64,000 nucleotides of DNA from Tubulanus polymorphus (GCF_964204645.1 NC_134029.1:1178001-1242000), one strand, 5' to 3'. Positions 41,517 to 54,642 are shown, counted from the stretch's first letter. Made by a program: numbers and translations. Notes: generated from the sequence alone by a model not told the origin.

Positions 41517-41890
41517 ATATATCAATGCCATCCTCACTTGCCAGGTTTTAATTGTCGTCTGCCGAAGCTCATGCCAAGACAAACCCCGGTCGCAAACTCT
41601 TCATTGGTCTATTACGTTGTTCAAGATTGCTTGGGTAGTCAGGTTGCCACTGAGAGGCCACCAGTCTATATATCTAGCCAATCAGATGCATTGTTTTTCG
41701 CCGGCAGATTTGCTACACATCTGATTGACTAGATGTAAAGACTAGTGGCTGCTTAGCATCAACCCGTCAACCGAAGATATCTTGGACAACGTAAGATACC
41801 AATTAAGGGTTTGCCACCAGGGTTTGTTTAAGCGTGAAATTCGGTTGGCGACAATAAAACCCTGGTGATTGAGGATGTATCGATGTACAT
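41517..41890. other. Long imperfect inverted repeat (~170-bp arms, 29-nt loop); candidate hairpin-RNA locus
   Basis: Arms 41517-41688 and 41718-41890 are reverse-complementary, e.g. atctagccaatcagatg / catctgattgactagat and attacgttgttcaagat / atcttggacaacgtaa, and align essentially without gaps. Confidence 0.85.
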
Positions 41891-42989
41891 ATGAACACAC
41901 AAGAAGCCAAACATAATAGGCGGCATTATTATTGGGAGGTGCACCTGGCCTAATATATCGCGCGGTAAAAACCACTCTATCCGTGGTTGTGTAGTACCAG
42001 TAATTGATGATCATCGAGTGAGTGATTGGCCTGGCCCAGTTATTCCATTCTGAAATCACTTGGGTTCCGATTATGATTGACAAATAATATAAAATATTTC
42101 ATCAAATTGATCGACACATTTTATCCATACTTGTACATGTTGTAAATTTATAAATAGCTTTTTATTTGTATATATTATATTTCTTTTTAGATTTTTTTTA
42201 TTGATTCTGATTTCTACTTGTAAATATTTTTAGATATCTTTTTAACTTAAGATTTTAATGATTATTTAAACATTTCAAATATAATCTTAAATTTTTAATT
42301 TTCAAAACTTCATAATATCTATACATCAAATCTATTTGAGTGCAAATTTTGATAAAGATTTAATTGATAATTGATATTCAAAACAACAGAATGAATGCAT
42401 TCAATCTTAGTTTGATACTGATATCACTTGTTGCATCTATTGTTTTAACGAGATTTTAACCTATAAGTTTGGAGCATTGATATTATTTCATTGCATTAGT
42501 CCCGCCTCCTCATTTATGGCTGATGGTTGATTTCAGATTTTCAGCTTCTGATAACATTAATATTAATTCAATGCTACGTTATGTTTTGTTGTTTTATTTC
42601 TTACGAACGTTTTCAAAGATGACTTTTTGTCGAATTGATATTTGGTAGTGCAGAGGTTGAGATAATTATACAATTTTATAGAATTGTCTAAAATACTGTA
42701 CCTAGTAACATATAAGTAGTATTGCTAGTGTACCTCTATTTTCAAGTTGTCCTGTGGTACGACGTTAAACCGCCTCATTTTAACAATACGTTTTATCAGT
42801 GATTTTTATCTGTTTGTCCTGTGGTACGACGTTAAACTGCCTCATTTTAACAATACGTTTTATCCATACATTTTATCAGTGATTTTTATCTATTTGTCCT
42901 GTGGTATGACGTTAAACTGCCTCTTTTTAACCGTTTTTATCCATATGTTTTATTGTTTTTACCCATATGTTTTATTGTTTTTATCGCCC

Positions 42990-43470
42990 CTTCTTTTTCT
43001 ACCTTTCTCTATCCTTTCCCTCTCTGTCTCTATCCTTTCCCTCTCTGTCTCTATCCTTTCCCTCTCTCTATCCTTTCCCTCTCTCTCTCTAACCCACTAA
43101 CTCTCTTCCTCTTTCTCTAACCCACTAACTCTCTCCCTCTTTCTCTAACCCACTAACTCTCTCTTCCTCTTTCTTTAACCCACTAACTCTCTCCTCTCTC
43201 TCCTTTCTTCCTCTCACCCCTCTCCTTCATCCTTCCTCCTCTCTCCCTCCTCTCTCTCACCTCACTCTCCTCTCTCTCTATCTTTCACTCTCTTTCTCTC
43301 TATCTTGTAAATATTGTAAATTTGTAAATAGTAGTTTTTATTTCTCTTGTAAATATTGTAAATTTGTAAATAGTAGTTTTTATTTCTCTTGTAAATATTG
43401 TAAATTTGTAAATAGTCGTTTTTATTTCTCTTTTTAATTTTCTTGTAGATATTGTAAATTTGTAGATAGT
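42990..43470. repeat. Polypyrimidine (CT-rich) low-complexity tract followed by a 45-bp AT-rich tandem repeat
   Basis: ctctatcctttccctctct and ctaacccactaactctc units, then (tcttgtaaatattgtaaatttgtaaatagtagtttttatttc)x4. Confidence 0.85.
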
Positions 43471-43769
43471 AGTTTGTTTTTTTCTTTTTTCATAATTTTC
43501 ATCGGATCTCACTTTATTCAATACAACAGAATGAATGCATTCAATCTTGGTTTCAAACTATTACTTTTCACTTTTCACATACATTCGTAGCATTGATACC
43601 ATTACATTAGATAAGTCCCTCCTCCTTTTGAATTAATATTTGAAAGAAGATTAAGTTAAGCATGTAGTTAAGCATGTAGTAATAAGCGTATTACATCGAA
43701 GACATTTTGTCACAGGCTGAAGAGCATCTTATATCATATGTCAAGAAATAGGGATTGGAGTGTACTTTA

Positions 43770-44850
43770 CCATTACTGGTTTGCAATATGCTTTAGCATC
43801 ATTTGTTGCAGTTATGAAAAATCATCTCATTGATTGTGCATACCTACCCCTCACTGGTTGCAGTTCACTCCATTGGTTGCAGCTATGAACAATCATCTCA
43901 TCGATTGTGCATACTTCCCCCTCACTGGTTGTCACTTCATTGGTTGCAGCTGAACAATCATCTCAATGATTGAGCTAATTTCCCCTCACTGGTTTGAAAT
44001 ATAATTTCCTCTCACTGGTTGCAGTTCACTCCATTGGTTGCAGCTATGAACAATCATCTCAATGATTGAGCTAATTTCCCCTCACTGGTTTGAAATATAA
44101 TTTCCTCTCACTGGTTGCAGTTCACTCCATTGGTTGCAGCTATGAACAATCATCTCAATGATTGAGCTAATTTCCCCTCACTGGTTTGAAATATAATTTC
44201 CCCTCACTGGTTGCAGTTCTCTCCATTGGTTGCAGCTATGAACAATCATCTCATTGATTGTGCATACTCTCCTCTCACTGGTTGCAGTTCACTTGATCGG
44301 TTGCAGCTATGAACAATCATCTCAATGATTGAGCATACTTCCCCTCACTTGTTGCAGTTCACTTGATTGGTTGCAGCTATGAACAATCATCTCATTGATT
44401 GTGCATACTTCCCCCCTCACTGGTTGCAGTTCACTTGACTGGTTGCAACTATGAACAATCATCTCAATGATTGAGCATACTTCCCTCACTTGTTGCAGTT
44501 CACTTGATTGGTTGCTGCTATGAACAATCATCTCATCGATTGTGTCATTCCCCTCACTGGTTGCAGTTCACTCCATTGGTTGCAGCTATGAACAATCATC
44601 TCATCGATTGTGCATACTTTCCCCTCACTGGTTGCAGTTCACTCCATTGGTTGCAGCTATGAACAATCATCTCATCGATTGTGCATATACTTTCCCCTCA
44701 CTGGTTGCAGTTCACTCCATTGGTTGCAGCTATGAACAATCATCTCATCGATTGTGCATATACTTTCCCCTCACTGGTTGCAGTTCACTCCATTAGTTGC
44801 AGCTATGAACAATCATCTCATCGATTGTGCATACTTCCTCTCACTGCTGG
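43770..44850. repeat. ~71-73-bp tandem array
   Basis: (cccctcactggttgcagttcactccattggttgcagctatgaacaatcatctcatcgattgtgcatactt)n, about 14 copies, degenerate at the left edge. Confidence 0.92.
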
Positions 44851-45846
44851 TTTGCAGTTTTCAGCTTTGGTTTGATGATGATAAATGCTGGTTTTATCAT
44901 TGGCTCTACGCGAACAGTTATCAAAATGTTGGAAGCCTTTGCCAGACGTTTTGTGGGTTCTATCTCTCTAAGAAAAAGCTAAATGGGATAAGGGTTTCAA
45001 TTTGGAATACAGTTTGTCTCCTCCAGCAACAAACGTCCATAGTCTAGAATAAACTGATTTGCATTTGTAAAAAAGCTTTGATAGGTGTATGGCTACATTT
45101 CCTACTAGACTCCTCTCTCTCATCACGAAATATGAATTACTGCTAAATCAATTGGTGGTAATGAAAGTTAAGTGTTACAAAACACTGCAAGTGGGTGTCT
45201 TGAAACAATGATACATGTAATGAAACATTGATAGATGTACTGATCTTGTGGTTTGTTCTACCTCCTTCCTCTGCTACGAGGTGATATATCGTGCCATTTT
45301 TATATACAATATCAAAATCATAGACAATTAAAATCTTGTGGTGGCGTGGCTTCTCCTTTTGTACTCTATAACCCCCGGTAATGGCCTTGCTATGACATCA
45401 AACGAGTATCAAATACAGAAGATACTCCGTTCTTCTCCTTTAAAAATGGAAAATACTGTTGTTTGCTACTACGGCAAATACTGTTGTTTGCTACTGCATG
45501 TTGCTCATTCCACTCTGTTCTAGGGGTGATATTGAGTTTTGGAGTCTCTTCTCCTTCCCTTGCCTTCTTGAATTGTCAAATAGATGTGATTTACAATACT
45601 GATTACTTCCTTATTTGAAAACTTCATGTTGCTGATGCTTGCTATCATTCAACTCTTGTTTTGGTTGTGATGTTGAGTTTTAAAACGTTGTGTTAGGTGT
45701 ACATGCCTCCTCTCCTCTCTCTCCTCTCTCATCAACAATTAAATAAGACACTCATTGTTTATATACATTTAGTTTTTTGCTGTGGTTTCCTGAATAGAAA
45801 AGTTTGAAATTGCTCATTGATTGCTGCGCATTTCAAACTATGGATC

Positions 45847-46395
45847 AATTACTGCTAAATCAATTGATGGTGATGAAAGTTAAGTGTTACAAAACACTGT
45901 GGGTAAATTACTGCTAAATCAACTGGTGGTGATGAAAGTTAAGTGTTACAAAACACTGTGGGTAGATTACTGCTAAATCAATTGGTGGTGATGAAAGTCA
46001 AGTGTTACAAAACACTGTGGGTAGATTACTGCTAAATCAATTGGTGGTGATGAAAGTTAAGTGTTACAAAACACTGTGGGTAGATTACTGCTAAATCAAT
46101 TGGTGGTGATGAAAGTTAAGTGTTACAAAACACTGTGGGTAAATTACTGGTAAATCAATTGGTGGTGATGAAAGTTAAGTGTTACAAAACACTGTGGGTA
46201 GATTACTGCTAAATCAACTGGTGGTGATGAAAGTTAAGTGTTACAAAACACTGTGGATAGATTACTGCTAAATCAATTGGTGGTGATGAAAGTTAAGTGT
46301 TACAAAACACTGTGGGTAAATTACTGGTAAATCAATCGGTAGTGATGAGAGTTAATTGTTACAAAACACTGTGGGTAAATTACTGCTAAATCATA
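45847..46395. repeat. 59-bp tandem array
   Basis: (attactgctaaatcaattggtggtgatgaaagttaagtgttacaaaacactgtgggta(g/a))n, about 9 copies; an isolated monomer sits at ~45136-45195. Confidence 0.92.
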
Positions 46396-49300
46396 ACTGA
46401 TGACCACCTTAAATACTGCTGCTTGGTGCTGGGTGTTAATTGATACACTCTGTTTTGAAGTGATATTGAGTTCAGGAGTCTCCTCCTTCCTTCAACTGTC
46501 ATGTAGAAACGTGACAAACAAACTGAATTGTCAGTGCGTTACAACACTGATGACCTCCTTTAATACTGCTGTTTGCTGGTGGTGTTAATTGATACACTCT
46601 GTTTTGGGGTGATATCTAAAATATATATAAAAATTATTACATAAAACATTATAACAACATGAATCATTCTCCTTAAATACTGCTGCTTGCTGCTGGCTCT
46701 GTATTGGGGTGATATTGATCGCAGGAGTCTTCTCCTTCCTGCTTCAACTGTCATGTAGAAACGTGACAAACAAACTGAATTGTCAGTGTGTTACAACACT
46801 GATGACCTCCTTTAATACTGCTGTTTGCTGGTGGTGTTAATTGATACACTCTGTTTTGGGGTGATATCTAAAATATATATAAAAATTATTACATAAAACA
46901 TTATAACAACATGAATCATTCTCCTTAAATACTGCTGCTTGCTGCTGGCTCTGTATTGGGGTGATATTGATCGCAGGAGTCTTCTCCTTCCTGCTTCAAC
47001 TGTCATGTAGAAACGTGACAAACAAACTGAATTGTCAGTGTGTTACATCACTGATGACCTCCTTTAATACTGCTGCTTGCTGCTGGGTGTTAATTGATAC
47101 ACTCTGTTTTGGAGTGATATTGAGTTCAGGAGTCTCCTCCTTCCTTCAACTGTCATGTAGAAACGTGACAAACAAACTGAATTGTCAGTGTGTTACAGCA
47201 CTGATGACCTCCCTTAATACTGCTGCTTGGTGCTGGGTGTTAATTGATACACTCTGTTTTGGAGTGATATTGAGTTCAGGAGTCTCCTCCTTCCTTCAAC
47301 TGTCATGTAGAAACGTGACAAACAAACTGAATTGTCAGTGTGTTACAGCACTGATGACCTCCCTTAATACTGCTGCTTGGTGCTGGGTGTTAATTGATAC
47401 ACTCTGTTTTGGAGTGATATTGAGTTCAGGAGTCTCCTCCTTCCTTCAACTGTCATGTAGAAACGTGACAAACAAACTGAATTGTCAGTGTGTTACAAAA
47501 CTTATGACCTCCCTTAATACTGCTGCTTGGTGCTGGGTGTTAATTGATACACTCTGTTTTGAAGTGATATTGAGTTCAGGAGTCTCCTCCTTCCTTCAAC
47601 TGTCATGTAGAAACGTGACAAACAAACTGAATTGTCAGTGCGTTACAACACTGATGGCCTCCTTTAATACTGCTGCTTGGTGCTGGGTGTTAATTGATAC
47701 ACTCTGTTTTGGAGTGATATTGAGTGCAGGAGTCTCCTCCTTCCTTCTTCAACTGTCATGTAGAAACGCGACAAACGAACTGAATTGTCAGTGCGTTACA
47801 ACACTGATGGCCTCCTTTAATACTGCTGCTTGGTGCTGGGTGTTAATTGATACACTCTGTTTTGGGGTGATATTGAGTTCAGGAGTCTCCTCCTTCCTTC
47901 TTCAACTGTCATGTAGAAACGTGACAAAGGAACTGAATTTTCAGTGTGTTACAACACTGATGACCTCCTTTAATACTGCTGCTTGCTGCTGGGTGTTAAT
48001 TCTTACCACATTCCATGAACTTCTTGAATTATTACATTGAACATTATTACAATAAGAATTATTACATTAAACATTATAACATCATGAATCATCCTCCTTA
48101 AATACTGCTGCTTGCTGCTGGCTCTGTTTTGGGGTGATATTGATCGCAGGAGTCTTCTCCTTCCTTCTTCAACTGTCATGTAGAAACGTGACAAACGAAC
48201 TGAATTGTCAGTGCGTTACAACTCTGATGGCCTCCTTTAATACTGCTGCTTGCTGGTGGTGTTAATTCTTACCACCTTCCATGAACTTCTTGAATTATTA
48301 CATTAAACATTATTACAATAAGAATTATTACATTAAAAATTATAACATCATGAATCATCCTCCTTAAATACTGCTGCTTGCTGCTGGCTCTGTTTTGGGG
48401 TGATATTGATCGCAGGAGTCTTCTCCTCCCTTCTTCAACTGTCATGTGGAAACGTGACAAACAAACTGAATTGTCAGTGCGTTACAACACTGATGACCTC
48501 TTTGAATGCTGCTGCTTGGTGCTGGGTGTTAATTAATACATTCTGTTTTGGGGTGATATTGAGTTCAGGAGTCTCCTCCTTCCTTCTTCAACTGTCATGT
48601 AGAAACGTGACTAACAAACTGAATTGTCAGTGTGTTACAACACTGATGACCTCCCTTAATACTGCTGCTTGCTGCTGGGTGTTAATAAATACACTCTGTT
48701 CAGGGGTGATATTGAGTGCAGGAGTCTCCTCCTTCCTTCTTCAACTGTCATGTAGAAATGTGACAAACAAACTGAATTTTCAGTGTGTTACAACACTGAT
48801 TACCTCCTTTAATACTGCTGCTTGGTGCTGGGTGTTAATTAATACACTCTGTTTTGGGGTGATATTGAGTTCAGGAGTCTCCTCCTTCCTTCTTCAACTG
48901 TCATGTAGAAACGTGACAAACAAACTGAATTGTCAGTGTGTTACAGCACTGATGACCTCCCTTAATACTGCTGCTTGCTGCTGGGTGTTAATAAATACAC
49001 TCTGCTCAGGGGTGATATTGAGTGCAGGAGTCTCCTCCTTCCTGCTTCAGCTGTCATGTAGAAACGTGACAAACAAACTGAATTGTCAGTGCGTTACAAC
49101 ACTGATGGGCTCCTTTAATACTGCTGCTTGCTGCTGCGTGTTAATTGATACACTCTGTTTTGGGGTGATATTGAGTGCAGGAGTCTCCTCCTTCCTTCTT
49201 CAGCTGTCATGTAGAAACGTGACAAACAAACTGAATTGTCAGTGCGTTACAACACTGATGGGCTCCTTTAATACTGCTGCTTGCTGCTGCGTGTTAATTG

Positions 49301-50745
49301 ATACACTCTGTTTTGGGGTGATATTGAGTGCAGGAGTCTCCTCCTTCCTTCTTCAACTGTCATGTAGAAACGTGACAAACAAACTGAATTGTCAGTGCGT
49401 TACAACACTGATGACCTCCTTGAATACTGCTGCTTGCTGGTGGTGTTAATTCTTACCACCTTCCATGAACTTCTTGAATTATTACATTAAACATTATTAC
49501 AATAAGAAATATTACATTAAACATTATAACATCATGAATCATCCTCCTTAAATACTGCTGCTTGCTGCTGGCTCTGTTTTGGGGTGATATTGATCGCAGG
49601 AGTCTTCTCCTTCCTTCTTCAACTGTCATGTAGAAACGTGACAAACAAACTGAATTGTCAGTGCGTTACATCACTGATGACCTCCTTTAATACTGCTGCT
49701 TGCTGCTGGGTGTAAATTCTTACCACCTTCCATGAACTTCTTGAATTATTACATTAAACATTATTACAATAAGAATTATTACATTAAACATTATAACATC
49801 ATGAATCATCCTCCTTAAATACTGCTGCTTGCTGCTGGCTCTGTTTTGGGGTGATATTGATCGGAGGAGTCTTCTCCTTCCTTCTTCAACTGTCATGTAG
49901 AAACGTGACAAACAAACTGAATTGTCAGTGCGTTACAACACTGATGGCCTCCTTTAATACTGCTGCTTGCTGGTGGTGTTAATTCTTACCACCTTCCATG
50001 AACTTCTTGAATTATTACATTAAACATTATTACAATAAGAATTATTACATTAAACATTATAACATCATGAATCATCCTCCTTAAATACTGCTGCTTGCTG
50101 CTGGCTCTGTTTTGGGGTGATATTGATCGCAGGAGTCTTCTCCTCCCTTCTTCAACTGTCATGTAGAAACGTGACTAACAAACTGAATTGTCAGTGTGTT
50201 ACAGCACTGATGACCTCCCTTAATACTGCTGCTAACTGCTGGGTGTTAATAAATACACTCTGTTCAGGGGTGATATTGAGTGCAGGAGTCTCCTCCTTCC
50301 TTCTTCAACTGTCATGTAGAAATGTGACAAACAAACTGAATTTTCAGTGTGTTACAACACTGATGACCTCCCTTAATACTGCTGCTAACTGCTGGGTGTT
50401 AATAAATACACTCTGTTCAGGGGTGATATTGAGTGCAGGAGTCTCCTCCTTCCTTCTTCAACTGTCATGTAGAAATGTGACAAACAAACTGAATTTTCAG
50501 TGTGGTACAACACTGATGACCTCCTTAAATACTGCTGCTTGCTGCTGCTTGTTAATTAATACACTCTGTTATGGGGTGATATTGAGTGCAGGAGTCTCCT
50601 CCTTCCTTCTTCAACTGTCATGTAGAAATGTGACAAACAAACTGAATTTTCAGTGTGGTACAACACTGATGACCTCCTTAAATACTGCTGCTTGCTGCTG
50701 CTTGTTAATTAATACACTCTGTTATGGGGTGATATTGAGTTTTGG
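46396..50745. repeat. 150/153-bp satellite with higher-order variants (~250-267-bp units carrying an AT-rich insert)
   Basis: Period 150 (aaacgtgaca at 47161, 47311, 47461) or 153 with an extra ctt; interspersed composite units contain cattataacatcatgaatcatcctcc. Confidence 0.95.
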
Positions 50746-50754
50746 TGATTTTTG

Positions 50755-51840
50755 CTCCCTGATCGTCCTTATTGCGACTTTACGTTTTAAATGTATAAAT
50801 ATTCAAAACAGCTATCCATCGATAGCTTTGTGGTGGTTGAATCATTGAAATGTCGCTGGTGTTGGTACATTGTATATATTGTAATATATGTTGGTGAAAT
50901 TGGATTGATCATGTTTTGTGATCGTCCTTTTTGCGACTTTACATTTTAAATGTATAAATATTCAAAACAGCTATCCATCGATAGCTTTGTGGTGGTTGAA
51001 TCATTGAAATGTTACTGGTGTTGGTACATTGTATATATTGTAATATATGTCGGTGAAATGGGATTGATCATGTTTCCTGATCATCCTTATTGCGACTTTA
51101 CGTTTTAAATGTATAAATATTCAAAACAGCTATCCATCGATAGCTTTGTGGTGGTTGAATCTTTGAAATGTCGCTGGTGTTGGTACATTGTATAGATTGT
51201 AATATATGTCGGTGAAATGGGATTGATCATGTTTCCTGATCATCCTTATTGCGACTTTACGTTTTAAATGTATAAATATTCAAAACAGCTATCCATCGAT
51301 AGCTTTGTGGTGGTTGAATCTTTGAAATGTCGCTGGTGTTGGTACATTGTATATATTGTAATATATGTCGGTGAAATTGGAATGATCATGTTTTGTGATC
51401 GTCCTTTTTGCGACTTAACATTTTAAATGTATAAATATTCAAAGCAGCTATCCATCGATAGCTTTGTGGTGGTTGTATCATTGAAATGTCGCTGGTGTTG
51501 GTACTGTGTATAAATTGTAATATATGTTGGTGAATTGGGATTGATTCTTATGTTTTCTGATCGTCCTTATTGCGACTTTAAGTTTTAAATGTATAAATAT
51601 TCAAAGTAGCTATCCATCGATAGCTTTGTGGTGGTTGTATCATTGAAATGTCGCTGGTGTTGGTACATTGTATATATTGTAATATATGTCGGTTAGTTGG
51701 GATTGATTCTTATGTTTTCTGATCATCCTTATCGTGACTTTACGTTTTAAATGTATAAATATTCAAAGCAGCTATCCATCGATAGCTTTGTGGTGGTTGT
51801 ATCATTGAAATGTCGCTGGTGTTGGTACTGTGTATATGGT
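50755..51840. repeat. ~158-bp tandem array interrupting the 150-bp satellite
   Basis: About 7 copies of ttgcgactttacgttttaaatgtataaatattcaaaacagctatccatcgatagctttgtggtggttg...; agctatc-catc-gatagct palindrome in each unit. Confidence 0.92.
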
Positions 51841-51942
51841 ATCAGCAAATTGTTATCATATTACACATTTTAAAAGCGTTATATTCAAAGATGCTATTGC
51901 TTAATAGCTTCACTCTTGTTCTTTGCACCTGAAGGTTGATAA

Positions 51943-52380
51943 TTGTCATGTAGAAACGTGACAAACGAACTGAATTGTCAGTGTGTTACATCACTGATGA
52001 CCTCCTTTAATACTGCTGCTTGCTGCTGGGTGTTAATTGATACACTCTGTTTTGGAGTGATATTGAGTTCAGGAGTCTCCTCCTTCCTTCTTCAAATGTC
52101 ATGTAGAAACGTGACAAACAAACTGAATTGTCAGTGCGTTACAACACTGATGACCTCCTTTAATACTGCTGTTTGCTGCTCGGTGTTAATTGATACACTC
52201 TGTTTTGGGGTGATATTGAGTTCAGGAGTCTCCTCCTTCCTTCTTCAAATGTCATGTAGAAATGTGACAAACAAACTGAATTGTCAGTGCGTTACAACAC
52301 TGATGACCTCCTTTAATACTGCTGCTTGCTGCTGGGTGTTAATTGATACACTCTGTTTTGGGGTGATATATTGAGTTTTG
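51943..52380. repeat. 153-bp satellite, second block (about 3 copies)
   Basis: Same unit as 46396-50745. Confidence 0.92.
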
Positions 52381-53199
52381 GGCAGTTTTGCTGCCTGATC
52401 TCCCTTGTAGCGACTTTACGTAAAAAGAATGAAAGATATAAAAGAATAATAGGTTTAAAAGAATGATGTGAAATAATTAAAGTTTCCTATAAACTTTACA
52501 TGTCAATGAAGAAACAGATGGGAAATACTGTTACATGTTAATTTCTACATTCTGTTCTAATTAAGGGTGATGATTAAAACTTGAATTAGTCATTACTTGT
52601 TCAGTAGATTTGTTAGATAGGAATCAGCTAAACTGGGACAGAGTGTTTTATCAATGCTGATAAACTCTAAACCTGAGTTAATAAAACTTCAAAACATTGG
52701 AGCCAATTCTTATCCATTATAGCCTATTAAATGAAGATCGATCTTCATAAACACCGGTGAAAAAAATTGACGTCTCACTTTGCACCTGACGTCTCACTTT
52801 GTACCTGACTTCTCACTTTGCACTGATGCATCCATGCACTAACGCACTTGCATGAAATGGCACTAGATACATAAAGACACACAAATTGTGTTTATGTATA
52901 TTTCAGGGGATACACATGCACACCCGCGGGTCCATGCGCATGATCGACATGTTGAGTGCTATCTTTGTTTGTGTGTGGATATAATTTGTGATAATGTTTC
53001 AGTGTTTGTCATTGAAAAGCATTAATTCTACAAACAATCTTAAATACTCATTTTGTAAACAAAAACATAAAAGGTTAATGATTAATTGTAAAATGGTAAA
53101 AATGAAATGTGAAAATATCTATGTCTGAAATAATGTACTGAAGATTAAGTCGCAGTGGTTATAGAAAGATTAGAGCGTCAGATCAGCTAGATCAGATGT

Positions 53200-54620
53200 A
53201 CTGAGTTATCTCACTCAAAGTCAGAAACAATGAGTCACAGGGAAAGTTAACAGTTCCAGAGGAACGTCGAGTCATTTGTCTGAACTGACTTTAAATCAGG
53301 TATGATATTGAAATTGTATAAATCAATTTTCAAAGTATCAAAATTGAAAATTATTCATATTTTGTGTTTTCTTGTAGCAAATATTGAGTCACAGAACTGA
53401 GTGTCACTAGAGATGAGACAATCACCAGGCATCAGTTAGATGAATGTCACCACTCAGATCAGTAGTAATGATTCATCTCCGTCAAAGTCAGCAAAATTCG
53501 CAAGGAAGGTTGACAGTTCCAGAGGAACGTCGAGTCATTAGTCTGAACTGACTATAAATCAGGTATCAAGGTACATAAAACATGGTTCTCTTGTTGTAGG
53601 AAAAGTCTCAAACATTATGCTGGTCTGTTACATGTTTTCTTGCAGCAAATCATTAGACATACAATACCAGAGGAAGGATAAGTCATTGAACTGACTATAA
53701 ATCAAAGTCTCAAAATCTAAAATTATTCATATTTTATATGTTTTCTTGTAGCAAATATTGAGAGGTTTAACCACAGTGTCACCATAGATGAGAATATCAC
53801 TAGTGAGATCAGTACAGAACTATGTCCCTCCAAGTGGATAGATCAGGGCGTCACCAGTGAGATAAGTGCATCACAAGTGAGATGAGATCAGTGGTGCTGT
53901 GCTATATCTGCCTCTAAGTCAGGAACTAAGTAACAATTAAGAGTCACATGTAAACAGTTCCAGAGGAATGTCGAGTCATTAGTCTGAACTGACTTTAAAT
54001 CAGGTATGATATTGAAAATGATATGAATCAATTTTCAAATCAAAAGTTGAAAATTGCCGGTATTCATATGTATTTTGTGTTTTCTTGTAGCAAATATTGA
54101 GAGGTCCACAGAACTGAGTCATCAGAGATGAGACAATCACGAGGCATCAGTTAGATGAATGTCACCACTGGGATCAGTTGTACTTAATTAACTGCCTTAG
54201 CAACAAAGTAGAGTCACAAAGTTAACAGTTGCAAAGGAAGGTCGAGTCATTAGTATGAACTGACTTTAAATCAGGTATAACTTTGAAATTACATGAATCA
54301 ATTTTCAAATCTCACGTTATTCAAAATTATTCATATTTTGAGTTTTCGTTTTGTGAGTAGGAAATATCTAGAGATGTTATGTTACTAAAAGATGGAAAAA
54401 TACCTTCAGAGATTCACATGAATATTCTTCCAAAGTTGAAAGAATGGATGAGTCATGAATCTGAACAGACTATAAATCAGGTATATTGTAATAGAAAAAC
54501 GACTTATGTTTTAATGTTTGGTTGATTGTTGAAAATATCCTTTAATGTTTGTTTGTTTGTCTTGTAGGTGAAAATGTGTGAAATATCTAATCTAACTCGA
54601 TGTTGACTCTGATAATCAGG
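53200..54620 (+). ncRNA. Putative spliced non-coding transcript (or pseudogene) made of duplicated exon-intron modules
   Basis: Recurrent donor gaactgact(t/a)taaatcag|GTAT at 53299, 53562, 54003, 54274 and 54480. Recurrent acceptor ttttcttg(t/c)ag|caaat at 53377, 53645, 53751 and 54090, with variants at 54360 and 54567. The exon I translated (53378-53562) has stops in all frames, and no ORF of 60 aa or more is listed here. Confidence 0.45.
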
Positions 54621-54642
54621 TGGCGCCTGTTGATCGTTTGAG

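Noticed and set aside
41341-42083. Convergent ORFs 41341-41724 (+) and 41742-42083 (-) as a duplicated protein gene pair
   Set aside because: Their similarity simply reflects the inverted repeat; substitutions show no synonymous bias and both starts are non-ATG.
46961-50848. Long Cys-rich repetitive ORFs (359, 349, 243 aa) as real proteins
   Set aside because: They arise from a satellite whose period is a multiple of 3. They start at GTG, are broken by frameshifts in the composite units, and have no unique N- or C-terminal sequence or splice context.
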